64,000 nucleotides of DNA from Octopus vulgaris (Eukaryota), in contig OX597817.1 of NCBI GenBank assembly GCA_951406725.2, positions 13,020,001 to 13,084,000 of the forward strand. Reading direction: 5' to 3'. Under the pieces are notes generated by a model. That model searched no databases, was not told where the DNA came from, and saw only the letters and a list, made by a program, of their open reading frames with translations. Positions 48,578 through 59,941 of the stretch are shown here, piece after piece (positions within the stretch are counted from its first letter, which is position 1; every line of letters begins with the position of its first letter). Made by a program: the position numbers and the translations under genes.

Positions 48578-49974
48578 ATAGTTGTTAAGAATTTACTGGT
48601 CAACCATTTAACAGTGCTCACCAATAACCTAAGATACAAAACAAATATTTGCAGAAACCTTAAATAACTTTTCCTGACATTAAAACTGAATAATGCATAA
48701 TAATAAGTGTGAAAATGTAAGTTTTGTTAAACCTACTAGTTACTAATACCTCAATACTAGCCACCATCTGACAATAGGAAGGGTATTTATTCAGTTATGA
48801 AAATCCTACCAAATATATCTGTAGAATTAAGACATGGCATGCCTGAGTTGTGAGAGGTAGGATTGCAACATAAAGCCAGCTACCTGCTTGCAGGGAAAGC
48901 TATTAATACAATAATCAAATCAAGGGAACCTGCAGAAATGCAGAAAAGAAGGACACATCTTAAAATTGTAGACCTCACAGAAGAAAATGACATCTTAAAA
49001 TGTGTAGGAATGTGTTGTAATACATGCAAAACGCATGGAAAAGTAGGCACAAAAAATTGGTGGAAATGATGTGGCAAATGCTTTTCTCTCGAGTGTGTGC
49101 AGCCTTTCCAAAACACCGAACTTCTACTATATTCTTCCTCAAAATCAAATGTCATGGGTTAGTCATTTCCTCGTGAAGCTCACATTTTAAAAATACATTC
49201 ATTTTAACTGCAATGTATTTAAATACTAACAAATGTCTAACATTCCCTTGCATTTTTTTTTCTCGTATGTGTGAGACAATTACTGTTCCCTCTTTTCACA
49301 CACACAATCTTCCTTTTCGTGTAAAAACAGAAAAGTAGAATGTATCACTTCTGGAAGAAAATCGTAACTTTTTAACCGTATCACACATGTATATTCTAGT
49401 TCGAAAATCAATTTTTATCTGCCCATGTTTCTAACTATAAAAATGTGCTTCACACTTGATAAAAAGCAAAAGTTAAAACCTAATTAATGAAATGACAAAA
49501 TGACAATTATCAAGCATACTCTCATACTCAGGGTATCGGGAAAACGAGATGTCAAGGAATTTTCTAACGACATAAGTAATAAAGTTGCTTTAGAAGGGAA
49601 TCGAAACCGCATTACGGTCTCTACTAGCTAGAATACATCGACGTAACGGTGGTAAATTACGATGTGCTCACCGGGTCATTAAAACTATACCCAGGGGAAA
49701 TTCGAACTTAAAGGAATTTTCCATACCTAGAAAGGCTTCGGTACCTATTACCTATATAATAATAAATATAAAGATTCTGAAGCCTAAGACAATACGAAGT
49801 TGTGATGTTCATGCACTTCACAAGCTTCGTAAAACATGTTGGCAAGACAAGAGGTTCAAATGGAAATTAGACAAGGGGAACTTGACATGTTCTGCTTAAA
49901 ACTCTCGAGGGACAAACCATTAGTTGGATTAATTAAGCAATGGTAATTCTAACTGTTGATTCTGGTTATATATA

Positions 49975-50022
<48 letters not shown>

Positions 50023-50500
50023 TAAAACCACAAAAATAGTGAATTAAATAAAAGAAAAAGGATCTTGGTAAAAAGATTGATCAAAATTTTAGTGACGTAC
50101 ACAGATTGCTATACACGTGATCAAGCAATTAAGTTTTTAACGTTTCCGGAATTCTTGTTAAATAATGTATAGAATAATGTCTAAATATTTTAGCGGGGGA
50201 AATGAATTAAGTTTATTATAAAAATTGTACAACTGGAGTGTAGAAAGATTGCAGTGGGTGGATATATACAGCAAACGGCGTAGAATTTGAGTGTTTTAAA
50301 GCTAACCTCGTGGTTTGACATTATTGGGAATTAAGCGTATGGTGTGGTACGTATGCCTAGGGTTTTATGAATCAGTGAACATATATACATACATATAATT
50401 ATCAATAATATAGGGTGAAATTAATTAATTTAGAAATAATCATTAATTTCACCAAGTAGAGTTCGGTATGTAAAAGACCCATTCAAGGAAGATTTAATTA

Positions 50501-50732
50501 ATACTAATTAATTATGGGTTCAGCAACGATTTGCCTCACCACGTACCGAATTTAGAAATAGCAGTCAAAAAGTTTTGGCTATTCTTTCTACTTAAAAGGG
50601 AGATCCCAGTGCTTTGGTTTTACTGGGATCGCCCTTTTTAAGTAGAAAGAATAGCCAAAACTTTTTGACTGCTATTTCTAAATTCGGTACGTGGTGAGGC
50701 AAATCGTTGCTGAACCCATAATTAATTAGTAT
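50501..50732. repeat. Near-perfect palindrome, ~110-bp arms, 11-nt loop
   Basis: 50501-50610 vs 50622-50732 differ by about one substitution and one indel. Confidence 0.95.
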
Positions 50733-50784
50733 ACATACATACATATATATATATTTATATGTATGTGTGTGTATTTGGTACAGG

Positions 50785-50815
<31 letters not shown>

Positions 50816-51052
50816 CTAAGTAGAAATTTATGGCGAAGAATGGAATTAAATGATATATATTTGGTAATGAGAGGTTGAAATAGGCAGCCAAGCAGCCATA
50901 TGTTAACCAGACAGAGATAGATGCAGACACATAGGCGATGTCTGTACCTAAAAGACCGGTTCGTAATAGAACAGAGATCGACAGCTGCCTTTTTCAGAAT
51001 AAACAAAAAGAAGAAGAGAGACTGAAATGTTAGGAGCCATATTTATACATAC

Positions 51053-51238
51053 TTCTGAAGGTTGTGTTCCGGCCACATTGCCGCTGGATTGCTTCTCTTT
51101 CTCGGGCTTTTTTTTCGTTTTCCGGGTCGCTGTATCTGGTTGGGCTATGAATTCAGAAGAAGGTGCTGTTTTCTGCTTGGATTTCTTTTTATTTCTGTCC
51201 TTCTTAGCGAAAAAATCGTCAAGACTACTGTCTGCCAT
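51053..51238 (-). CDS. CDV3: CDV3 homolog, coding exon 1 (MADSSLDDFFAKKDRNKKKSK...GTQPSE)
   Basis: ATG at 51238. The SLDDFFAKKDRNKKK motif matches the CDV3 N-terminus (SLDNFFAKRDKKKKK). Phase-0 donor GAA|GTATGT; 186 nt. Confidence 0.93.
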
Positions 51239-51610
51239 TGTTGGAGGAAAAAGATTTGGAGAGGATTTTTTTTTTTTAAAGAAGAAAGAAAATAGTTTAT
51301 AGAACGACGAGGACGACGACAAGGCAGGGTTCACTTTAAATTAATTTGTTAAGTGCTGGCTGAAAGGGGCTTTTTTTTTTTAAAGTGTTGCCACGCTTTT
51401 GTGGTGGGAATGGGTCGTCAGCAGAAGGAGGAGGAGGAAAAAAAAAGGGTGAATGGCAAATACGTAAAAAGCGGCAGTTGCTGCTCTCTGCTCTGACTTC
51501 GGGCTTCTCTCAGGATGGCGGATCCGGATATGGTTTGGTGCGGACTTTGAGCAGAGCTTTTTCTTCTTTCTTTTTTTTTTTTTCAAGAACTCCTCTTGGG
51601 TGAGGAGCAG
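51239..51610 (-). promoter_or_regulatory. Probable CDV3 5' UTR / promoter region
   Basis: Repeat-free, relatively GC/CpG-rich sequence directly upstream of the ATG; contains a YY1-like CCGCCATC. The transcription start cannot be determined from sequence. Confidence 0.45.
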
Positions 51611-51689
51611 AATTATTAATTGTAAGTTACTTGCACACCCCCTTGATTATTATTATTATTATTTTTTTTTTTATTATTTATGTGTGTGA

Positions 51690-52115
51690 TACCTCTATAT
51701 GTATATGTGTGTGTCTGTATGAATCTATATGTATATACATGTGTGTAATATATATATGTATGTATGTATATATATGTGTGTGTGTGTGACAGAGAGTATA
51801 TATGTGTGTGTGTGTGTGTGTGAGAGAGAGAGTATATGCGTATGTATGTGTGTTTGAGAGCGTATATGCGTATGTATGTGTTTGAAAGAGTATATGCGTG
51901 TGTGTGTGTGTTAGAGAGAGAGTATATGTGAGTGTGTGAGAGAGAGAGAGAGTATATGCGAGTGTGTGTGAGAGAGAGAGAGAGAGTATATGTGTGTGTG
52001 TGTGTGAGAGAGAGAGTATATGCGTGTGTGTGTGTGAGAGAGAGAGAGAGTATATGCGTGTGTGTGTGAGAGAGAGAGAGAGAGAGTATATGTGTGTGTG
52101 TGTGAGGGTATGCGC
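51690..52115. repeat. Compound (TG)n/(AG)n/TATATG microsatellite with higher-order periodicity
   Basis: Repeating GAGAGAG-TATATG(C)-GTGTGTG units upstream of CDV3. Confidence 0.9.
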
Positions 52116-53683
52116 CCGTGTGCATACGTGGTATGAATAAATATTTAATATTATTTGACGTTATTTATTCATGTTAAGAAGCCTCTTTTTTTTTTTTTTC
52201 TCAGTTATTAAATAATAGCTACAGGTGTATGTATTATTTCTTGTGTATTATTTTTTATTTTTATTCAGAAACATATTTCGTGTCAATATCCTAATTATTT
52301 TTTTTTATGCAGTAAAGAAGAAAAAAAAAATATTAATTAAAAAAATAAAACTTTTATAATTCTTTTTATTTATTTATTTATTTATATTTTAATGCAAATT
52401 TCATTCAAAGAAGTGAACTTTTCGCATTTAATGCTTTTGATGGGGGGAACAATTATTAAAATATACCAAGTTTTATTCGGTACTCGTCAAAACTGCGCAT
52501 CAAAAAACGCTGGAATGCAATAATCTTTAAAAAAAAAAATGTGCTGTTAATTAAAATTTAAATTTCCGTTGGATTTGATGTTTTATATACGTGTATATAT
52601 AAATATATATATACATATTGCATTCGTTACTGCAGTGCTCTCTGTTCAGAGGTACGGGTCCAGCTGTTAGGAACCGTTCCTGAAGTTATGATCGGTGACC
52701 AATTTCTCAATTCCGATTCAAATAATAAGAAGCTAAATTTTGCCATCGTGTAAAAATAAAATTAGAATTCCGCCACATATATAGAAATAATTCGAATCTT
52801 TTCGAATTTTCACTTGGAGTACAGTTTCCTCCTATACATTCTATCAGTTGATGCCTTCGTATAATAAATAAACAGCGAAGATTTTGCTTCGTTACACTAT
52901 TAAGAATAGAACATTTGAATTTTGGCGAATATATTTCACGTTTTAGCCTTTATTCCACCCACCACGTATATTGTTTCACCGAGCCTGCTGAGAGGGGTGG
53001 TGGTGGTTTTTATATGGCAGCTTGACCTCCTAACAACCACGTCGCCATCAGGTCATGGCAGGCAAATCTTGAGAAAAGGACACATTCAATAAAAGACGGG
53101 ATGGTTCCGGTTAGAATGGTTTTTGGTTAGAGATAACCTGATGTTATAGACAACAGCCATGTCTCGATTCCAACCAACGAAGGAATCCAACAAAGGAAAT
53201 GAGTTTTAAGACCTAAGGGGCGCTGCGACCCATGAGGCTAAGGTTTCGAAGGAAGGGCTGGTTAGACGTTATAATCTCCTTCCCCACGTCTTTGAGCTGA
53301 AATGTACATAAGTATTATCCTCCCCACCTCCTCCGCGCACACATATAAATACATCTCCGTCACTGCTCTTATACAATGGCTCGGCCTGCTAGAAACAGCA
53401 GCCAGCTTCCTTTGCTATCTTACACAAAGGAAGGTCACATTGCATTTTACTTGAAAAAAAGAGACTGGCTGGTTACGCTGAACACTGTAGGCCTCTTTGG
53501 GCCAAGGCTGATCTGGATCTGATCTATAACTAAGGCTCAGTCTTTGAAAATATGTTTTTAAGAGATCTTTAGGCACCAGTCTTAGCTTTGCCTGAATAAA
53601 TATGAAAATGTTAATGACATGTGTAATAATTGTTCGACTTTATTAGAATTTAAAGAATAATTTCATATACACACATATGTAGG

Positions 53684-53882
53684 TACTGTATTTGATGGCA
53701 TAAAAGACACATAGGCATATTTGACGTAATTTCTGCATCGCATATTCGGATAAAAAAAAGTTTTTACTGCATTAAAACTTCTGGGTGGTTCAACTTCACA
53801 TAGAGAACCTGAGGTGATTCCTTTTTTAAGACTTTTTTTTTTATTTTTGAATAATGCATTTTATATTCCATCAAATACAGTG
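53684..53882. mobile_element. Tc1/pogo-type MITE
   Basis: CTGTATTTGATGG.ATA / TAT.CCATCAAATACAG inverted termini. Confidence 0.6.
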
Positions 53883-53950
53883 ATTTTATACCTTTTAATA
53901 AACATACTGTCACTTCCTTAATTTCAGCATTCTAAAAGTTGAAATTGCCT

Positions 53951-54400
53951 GTGAGACAACTGTTGTTATCGCTAGGCCTAACTCATCGTAAGGTCAATAC
54001 CACCGTGACTGATATCCAATCTACAGTGGAGAAGGCTAGCCACTGGATTTGGATAAAAAGAGACGATGAGCGATGGCTAGAAGGATATTGAGTTCTTCAT
54101 AACCAGCTGATCTAGCAAGCGGGGCCTCATATCAGTGAGGGGGGGCCGGTGCGCATTAATGCCATCGAGAGGTAGGCCCTGAAATGGAGAAGGCTAGCCA
54201 CTTGATTTGATTAAAAAGAGATGATGAGCGATGGCTAGAAGAATATTGAGCTTAACTTGATAACCAGCTGATCTAGCAAGCGGGGCCTCCTATCAGTGAG
54301 GGGGGCCGGTGCGCATTGATGCCGTCGAGAGGTAGGCCCTGAAACGGCGCGCATTCTCTCCTGATGACCCCATACACATGCTGGCTTCCAGTATACGGAG
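53951..54400 (+). mobile_element. 3' end of a restriction-like-endonuclease non-LTR retrotransposon (HERO/R2-like) with a 158-bp tandem duplication
   Basis: VRQLLLSLGL...VEKASHWIWIKRDDERWLEGY* (53951-54091) resembles the AE.AS.WLW.KR C-terminus; repeat units start at 54027 and 54185. Confidence 0.7.
54309..54375 (+). ncRNA. Candidate non-circularly permuted hammerhead ribozyme
   Basis: GCCGT-C (GUC site) pairs with (GAA)ACGGC; GAGAG pairs with CTCTC immediately before CTGATGA; GTAGG/CCATAC forms an imperfect stem II. Confidence 0.6.
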
Positions 54401-55814
54401 CTTTTGACTGGTAGCACTTGCATGTGCAAGTTGTTTGCAAGACATGCTGGGTATTTGTCAACACAATTTAAATGGCCATAAAACAGAAGACAACCTAACG
54501 TTAATGTTTGCCAAATTTTAATTTTGTCTCTTTCTCTGTATTAACCCTTTAGTGTTCGCATTATTTTACCAAAATTAATGCTTCTTCATCTACATTTTTT
54601 TGAATTAATCATGCATTATCTTGTAGCTATGAGATTTTGATGAGGTAGCTGTTCATTTTTAAAACAATATTGTAGGGTTGGTGTGAGAGACCAGATCTGG
54701 CCTGTTTGAACATAAAACAGGCAGAATTCTTTTGGCCGGATTTGGCCAGTTTAAATGCTAAAGGGTTAACAGTATCAACATGGCAAATTTCAATCTGACA
54801 AAGGAAATAAAAATGCATGTCAGGTACGTGGCTCTAGCTGGCAATAACAGCAACTCAAAGAGTACTGGCTTCTTGAATGTAGTCAGGTCCTTCATGTTCA
54901 AGGTTAGGAAAGAGGTGGGAGCTTCTGATGGGGTTATGTCATCTATGGCCAAGAAAAAAACATGACCAGCAGTCTGACATTGTCAGTACTACCGAGTTTG
55001 TTCAGTAAATCTAATATCCTATCACTAACTTCAACAAGATGATTCAAGATGATTCAGGCCATCACCAAGCAGCTCAAGGTGGCAGTCCACTATCAAACAT
55101 GTGGTGTATGAGGACATCAGGTACAAGTTCCATATAATAAGGATCAGCAGATCATATCTGGCAAGACCTGGGAGAATATGATTCAATCAGTGTTTGCTGA
55201 GCAAGTTTAATTACCGTAAGAAATCTATCACAATCTAGTTCTCATGAGAGGAATTGTGATTAAGACCAGAGGTAAGCAGGAGAATCAATGAGCTGCTCTA
55301 CACAGACCCCATGTAAGGTACCTGTAGTGTGTGATGCACAGCAAGATCCAGTCCTCTCTGATACTCTTAGGGGCTGTGAATAATGAGAGCTATGTCATAC
55401 AGCCTTCTTGTTGAAGGACCCTGGTGCCAATGCTACAGCCTACATTGAGATACTAGACACAGCATTCAAGCCTTAGCTTAGATCAAGGGTTTAGTGCCAG
55501 GAGAGAGAGTTCATGTTCCAATGGAATTCTGCTCCTTCCCACATGGACCTCACAACCCAGAAGTGACTGACCTTGAATTTTCATGATCATGTGACTTTCT
55601 GATTTGAACCTCTTGGAGTAAAGTGTCATTGAAAGTGGGAACTGCCTCACAGCACTAAGAATTTATTGGGAGCAGTGATCATGGGAATGTTCTGCAGGAC
55701 CTGCATGATTCCAGTTACGGTTGCTTCCATTGTCACATCATTGCAGTTGAGAGAAATTTTGTTGACTGGCCTCTTTGATAAATCTACTTATAATGTATGG
55801 TGTCTAGTTTTATT

Positions 55815-58800
55815 TGCCTGTGACTGGCTTCGTGCCGGTGGCACGTAAAAAGCACCATCCGTTCGTGGCCGTTGCCAGCCTCGCCTGGCCCCCTGTACCG
55901 GTGGCACATAAAAAGCACCATCCGTTCATGGCCGTTGCCAGCCTCGCCTGGCCCCCGTACCGGTGGCACATAAAAAGCACCATCCATTTCATGGCCGTTG
56001 CCAGACTCGTCTGGCACGTAAAAAGCACCCACTACACTCATGGAGTGGTTGGCGTTAGGAAGGGTATCCAGCCGTAGAAACATTGCCAGATCAAACTGGG
56101 CCTGGCGCAGCCTTCTGGCTTCCCAGACCCCAGTTGAACCGTCCAACCCATGCTAGCATGGAAAGCGGACGCTAAACGATGATGATGATGATGATTATGA
56201 TGTGACTATGTTATTTTTGTCTTTGTTTTTCTGGTGTTGTTTTGTTTTCACTTGCTTGGTACATCCTTTAAGACTTCAGAAAATACTTTTGACTAACTTT
56301 ACACTTCTTTTTTTTATTTTTAGTTTTCGCTTTTTAGAAATCCAGTGAAATCACTTAGAGGACAATGGTAAAATTTTATACAATAACACATATAATTCTT
56401 TCCTATGCAGTGCTATAGTTGGAATTGAATTTTGAATTACACTTTGTAAAACAAGGCTAAATAAACTTAATTGATTCGTTAATGTTTTTTGTTTGTTTCT
56501 TTGACATTTCTCTGCTGAGCAGACCAGATCTAAGTTACCGACAAAACCCATGCAATATGAAAAAATAAAAGTATTTGTTGTTTTCTTTCTCTGTTGCCTT
56601 CATCCATATGCCATGCTGGAGTTGGTTGTGTTCTGGGTTCAGTTTCTGTCAAGGATGAGTTCCTCTTTCATTTTCCCAGCAATGATAAAATAAGTACCAA
56701 CCAAATGATAAAATTAATAAAACCGTGCCGGTGGCACATAAAAAGCACCATCCGAACATGGCCGTTGCCAGCGTCGCCTCGACTGGCTTCTGTGCCGGTG
56801 GCACATAAAAAACACCATCCGAACGTGGCCGATGCCAGACCCCCCCCCGGCACCTGTGCAGGTGGCACGTAAAAAGCACCCACTACACTCGCAGAGTGGT
56901 TGGCGTTAGGAAGGGCATCCAGCCGTAGAAACACTGCCAGATCTGACTGGAGCCTGGTGCTGCCCCTGGCTTCCTAGACCCCGGTCGAACCATCCAACCC
57001 ATGCTAGCACGGAAAACGGATGTTAAATGATGATGATGATGATGATCTAATTTAAGCCCTTGTGCTTAATTTAAAAAACCAATATTATTTATAGGGTAGT
57101 GTATAGGAAAAAGTTATTAAAGCAACAGACAAGATGCTTTGCAGTATTTCACTCCGATTTACTTTTTGAATTCAAATCCCAAATTGCCTTTCCTCCTCCT
57201 GGGGTGAGTCAATTTCATCAAGTATACCTATCCACCAAATTTGAGGCCTTATGTCTGGAAGCACTCATTTATAACAAGAGGATAATAGATCAGACAATTA
57301 GTAGAGCTCTAGAAAAAATTTCTTGTTATTTCTGAGTTCAAATCTTATAGGGGTCAGCTCTGTATTTCCTCCATCTGGGAGTTGATAAAATACCAATCAA
57401 ATATAAACATTAAAGCTCTCCTCAATGGTTTTGACCTTTGTTCCTATATTAGAAATCAATACATGTAACAAGATTTTAATCAAGTCTGCATTATTTATGG
57501 CAGCATTTCCTAATCTTTTTACTCTGGGGTATCTTTCAAATATATTTCATGACACAAAGAATGCCTGCATGAAAATTTTAATCTTTTTCTTTCTCTTTCA
57601 TTAAGTTAAATTTCATAAAAGATTAAATAAATTATTAAACTGTCTGTGAAAGGTTTGACAGTTCTAAATCCATCAAATGCCATAAAGTTTAAGAAATTTT
57701 ATTTTAAGTAAACCAAATACATCTACAACCTCTATTAACCCTTCAGCATTCAAACTGGCCTGATCCAACATCTCACACCTACCTTACAATGTCAATGTAA
57801 AAATAAACAATCACATCATTGATATCTTGAAGCCATAAGATAATACATAGTTAATTCAAAGCAGTTTGAATGAATAAATTTGACCAAGTAATCTGAATGC
57901 TAAAGGATTAAAAGGTTATCTTCCCTGTTGGCTCGCCTTACTGTCTTCAGATGCCAGAATTTAACCAAACTTAAGAAATACGCTGTTTGCCAGCCTCCCC
58001 TGGCACCTGTGCCGGTGGCACATAAAAAGCACCCACTACACTCACAGAGTGGTTGGCGTTAGGAAGGGCATCCAGCCGTATAAACATTGCCAGATCAGAC
58101 TGGGCCTGGTGAAGCCTTCTGGCTTCCCAAACCCCAGTTGAACCGTCCAACCCATGCTAGCATGGAAAGCGGACGTTAAACGATGATGATGTGTAATAAG
58201 TAATAAAGAATGACTATGGAATTCCCCACCCTTCCAAAAAAAAACTGAAAACGGATCTGCATATACTTACCCTATTTATCATAGTATTTTTCAGGAAACT
58301 GTGGTTGGAAAATACTGGGTTTTGCCAAAGCAAAACCTGAGTATAGAATAAATACAAGCTGTTTTGAAGATCTTTATATGAGGAATAATAATTGTGATAA
58401 GAATCAGCCTTTAAGGCAAACTTAAGAATGGACAAGAGCTGCTTTAGTGTAAGAGTACAGAAAAGTATTGTGAAGTTTATAAGCCAAGAAGCAAATCAGT
58501 TTAAATCCGGCTTTCCTTTATTACATAATTGTCAGATAACAATCAGCCAAGTATTTGTTACAGGATTTTGTGGAGACTCAGCTATTTCTGTTTATATTAT
58601 AATAGCATGAAACAATTAGTGTGGGGAAAAGATATTCCTGTTTTGCAAGTGAGTGTGCATTTCTTGTTAAAAATTAATCTAATTTTCAACAAGTGCAATA
58701 TATGTTGGCTATTGAGGAACTAAATTTGAGACGGTTACAAAGATGACTTTCATTCAAGTTTATAAATAAAAGGAGAGGATAAATTAGTTTGTCTTCTTTA

Positions 58801-59403
58801 CAATTTGCAAGAACATTGACTTGATTTATAACAGTCATAGGGTAAGAGAAAGGATGAGTGAATGAAAGCAAGTGTTAGCTGCCTTAGTGTAGTCCTTCAG
58901 TTAGTTGGAGTTAGATTGTTTGTGTTGCAGGCTCTTCATATATTGACATAGGCCTGTTGATATCAGCTGATAATGAATAGTGAGTACCATACAAGTGAGA
59001 TCATTGCCAGAGCAACAAGCTGGCCTTTGTGCCGATGGCACGTTAAACACACCATTCGAGCGTGATCGTTACCTGCATTGCCTTAACTAGCACCTGTGTT
59101 GGTGGCACATGAAAAAAAACATTCGAGCGAGGTTGTTGCCACTGCCACTGGACTGGCTCCTGTGTAGGTGGCATGTAAAGAACACCATTTCGAGCGTAGC
59201 CGTTTCCAGTACCGCCAGACTGACCCTCGTACCGGTGGCACGTAAAAGCACCCACTACACTCTCAGAGTGGTTGGTGTTAGGAAGGGCATCCAGCTGTAG
59301 AAACTCTGCCAGATTAGATTGGAGTCAGGTTCGCCAGACCTCAGTCAAATCCTCCAACCCATGCTAGCATGGAAAGAGGACGTTAAACAATGATGATGAT
59401 GAT
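55815..59403 (+). mobile_element. Four RTE 3'-UTR copies (55815-56195, 56723-57045, 57985-58190, 58995-59403)
   Basis: Shared core, minisatellite units and (ATG)n tails; the span includes unique sequence. Confidence 0.85.
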
Positions 59404-59824
59404 CACTACATTGTTTTGAGATCTGATCTCTTTTTAAAACCTTTGGACAGATCTCTGGTTACAACATCATTTGAAAGTACAGCAGTTGTCTACGGGGAAT
59501 TTCCTGTACTTCTTACATTTTTTTGAATCACTTTAACTTTGGTATTCCACTGATATAATAAAAACAAGCAGAAAAGGTTTTCCATGAATTGTGTTTTATA
59601 AAGTTCAAACAAACTATTCAATAAAGCTTAGCTTTCTGAAATGACATTTCTCAAAACAATCGTTTTGATGTGACAAAGGACTATCATATTTCGAGCAAAA
59701 AGCACCTACTCTCTCACAGCTATTATCCTGGTTGTATGTCCTACCTCTGAAATGTTTCAAGGCCATTCATTGGCAGCTTTCTATGTGATTATTCAACTTG
59801 CTAGAGACAGCAATTGAGTAGCCG

Positions 59825-59941
59825 TAATAATAATAATAATAAAACATTGTGTACAGTGCTCAGGTGCACTACAACTCATCTAAAGTGTATGTATAATCAG
59901 GTGTAGTTTCGGCGGATTTCGGAAAGCATGAGGGCCTTAAA
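59825..59941 (-). mobile_element. Short LINE 3' end with (TTA)n tail (related copy ~63022-63095)
   Basis: TACAGTGCTCAGGTGCAC.ACAACT is shared between the two loci, both next to TAA repeats. Confidence 0.6.

Noticed and set aside
51239-51334. N-terminal extension of CDV3 in ORF 50948-51334
   Set aside because: It starts at a GTG and is low-complexity; homology begins at MADSSLDDFF, and the ORF's tail past 51053 is intronic.
51616-52125. 169-aa His/Thr/Ser/Leu-rich ORF
   Set aside because: Pure microsatellite translation.
54780-55790. Possible L1/Tx1-like LINE relic
   Set aside because: Only faint motif resemblance; too degenerate to call without a search.
55820-56030. CRISPR-like look of palindromic repeats with spacers
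   Set aside because: The 'spacers' are homologous to each other, the array is inside a LINE 3' UTR, the context is eukaryotic and no cas genes are present.
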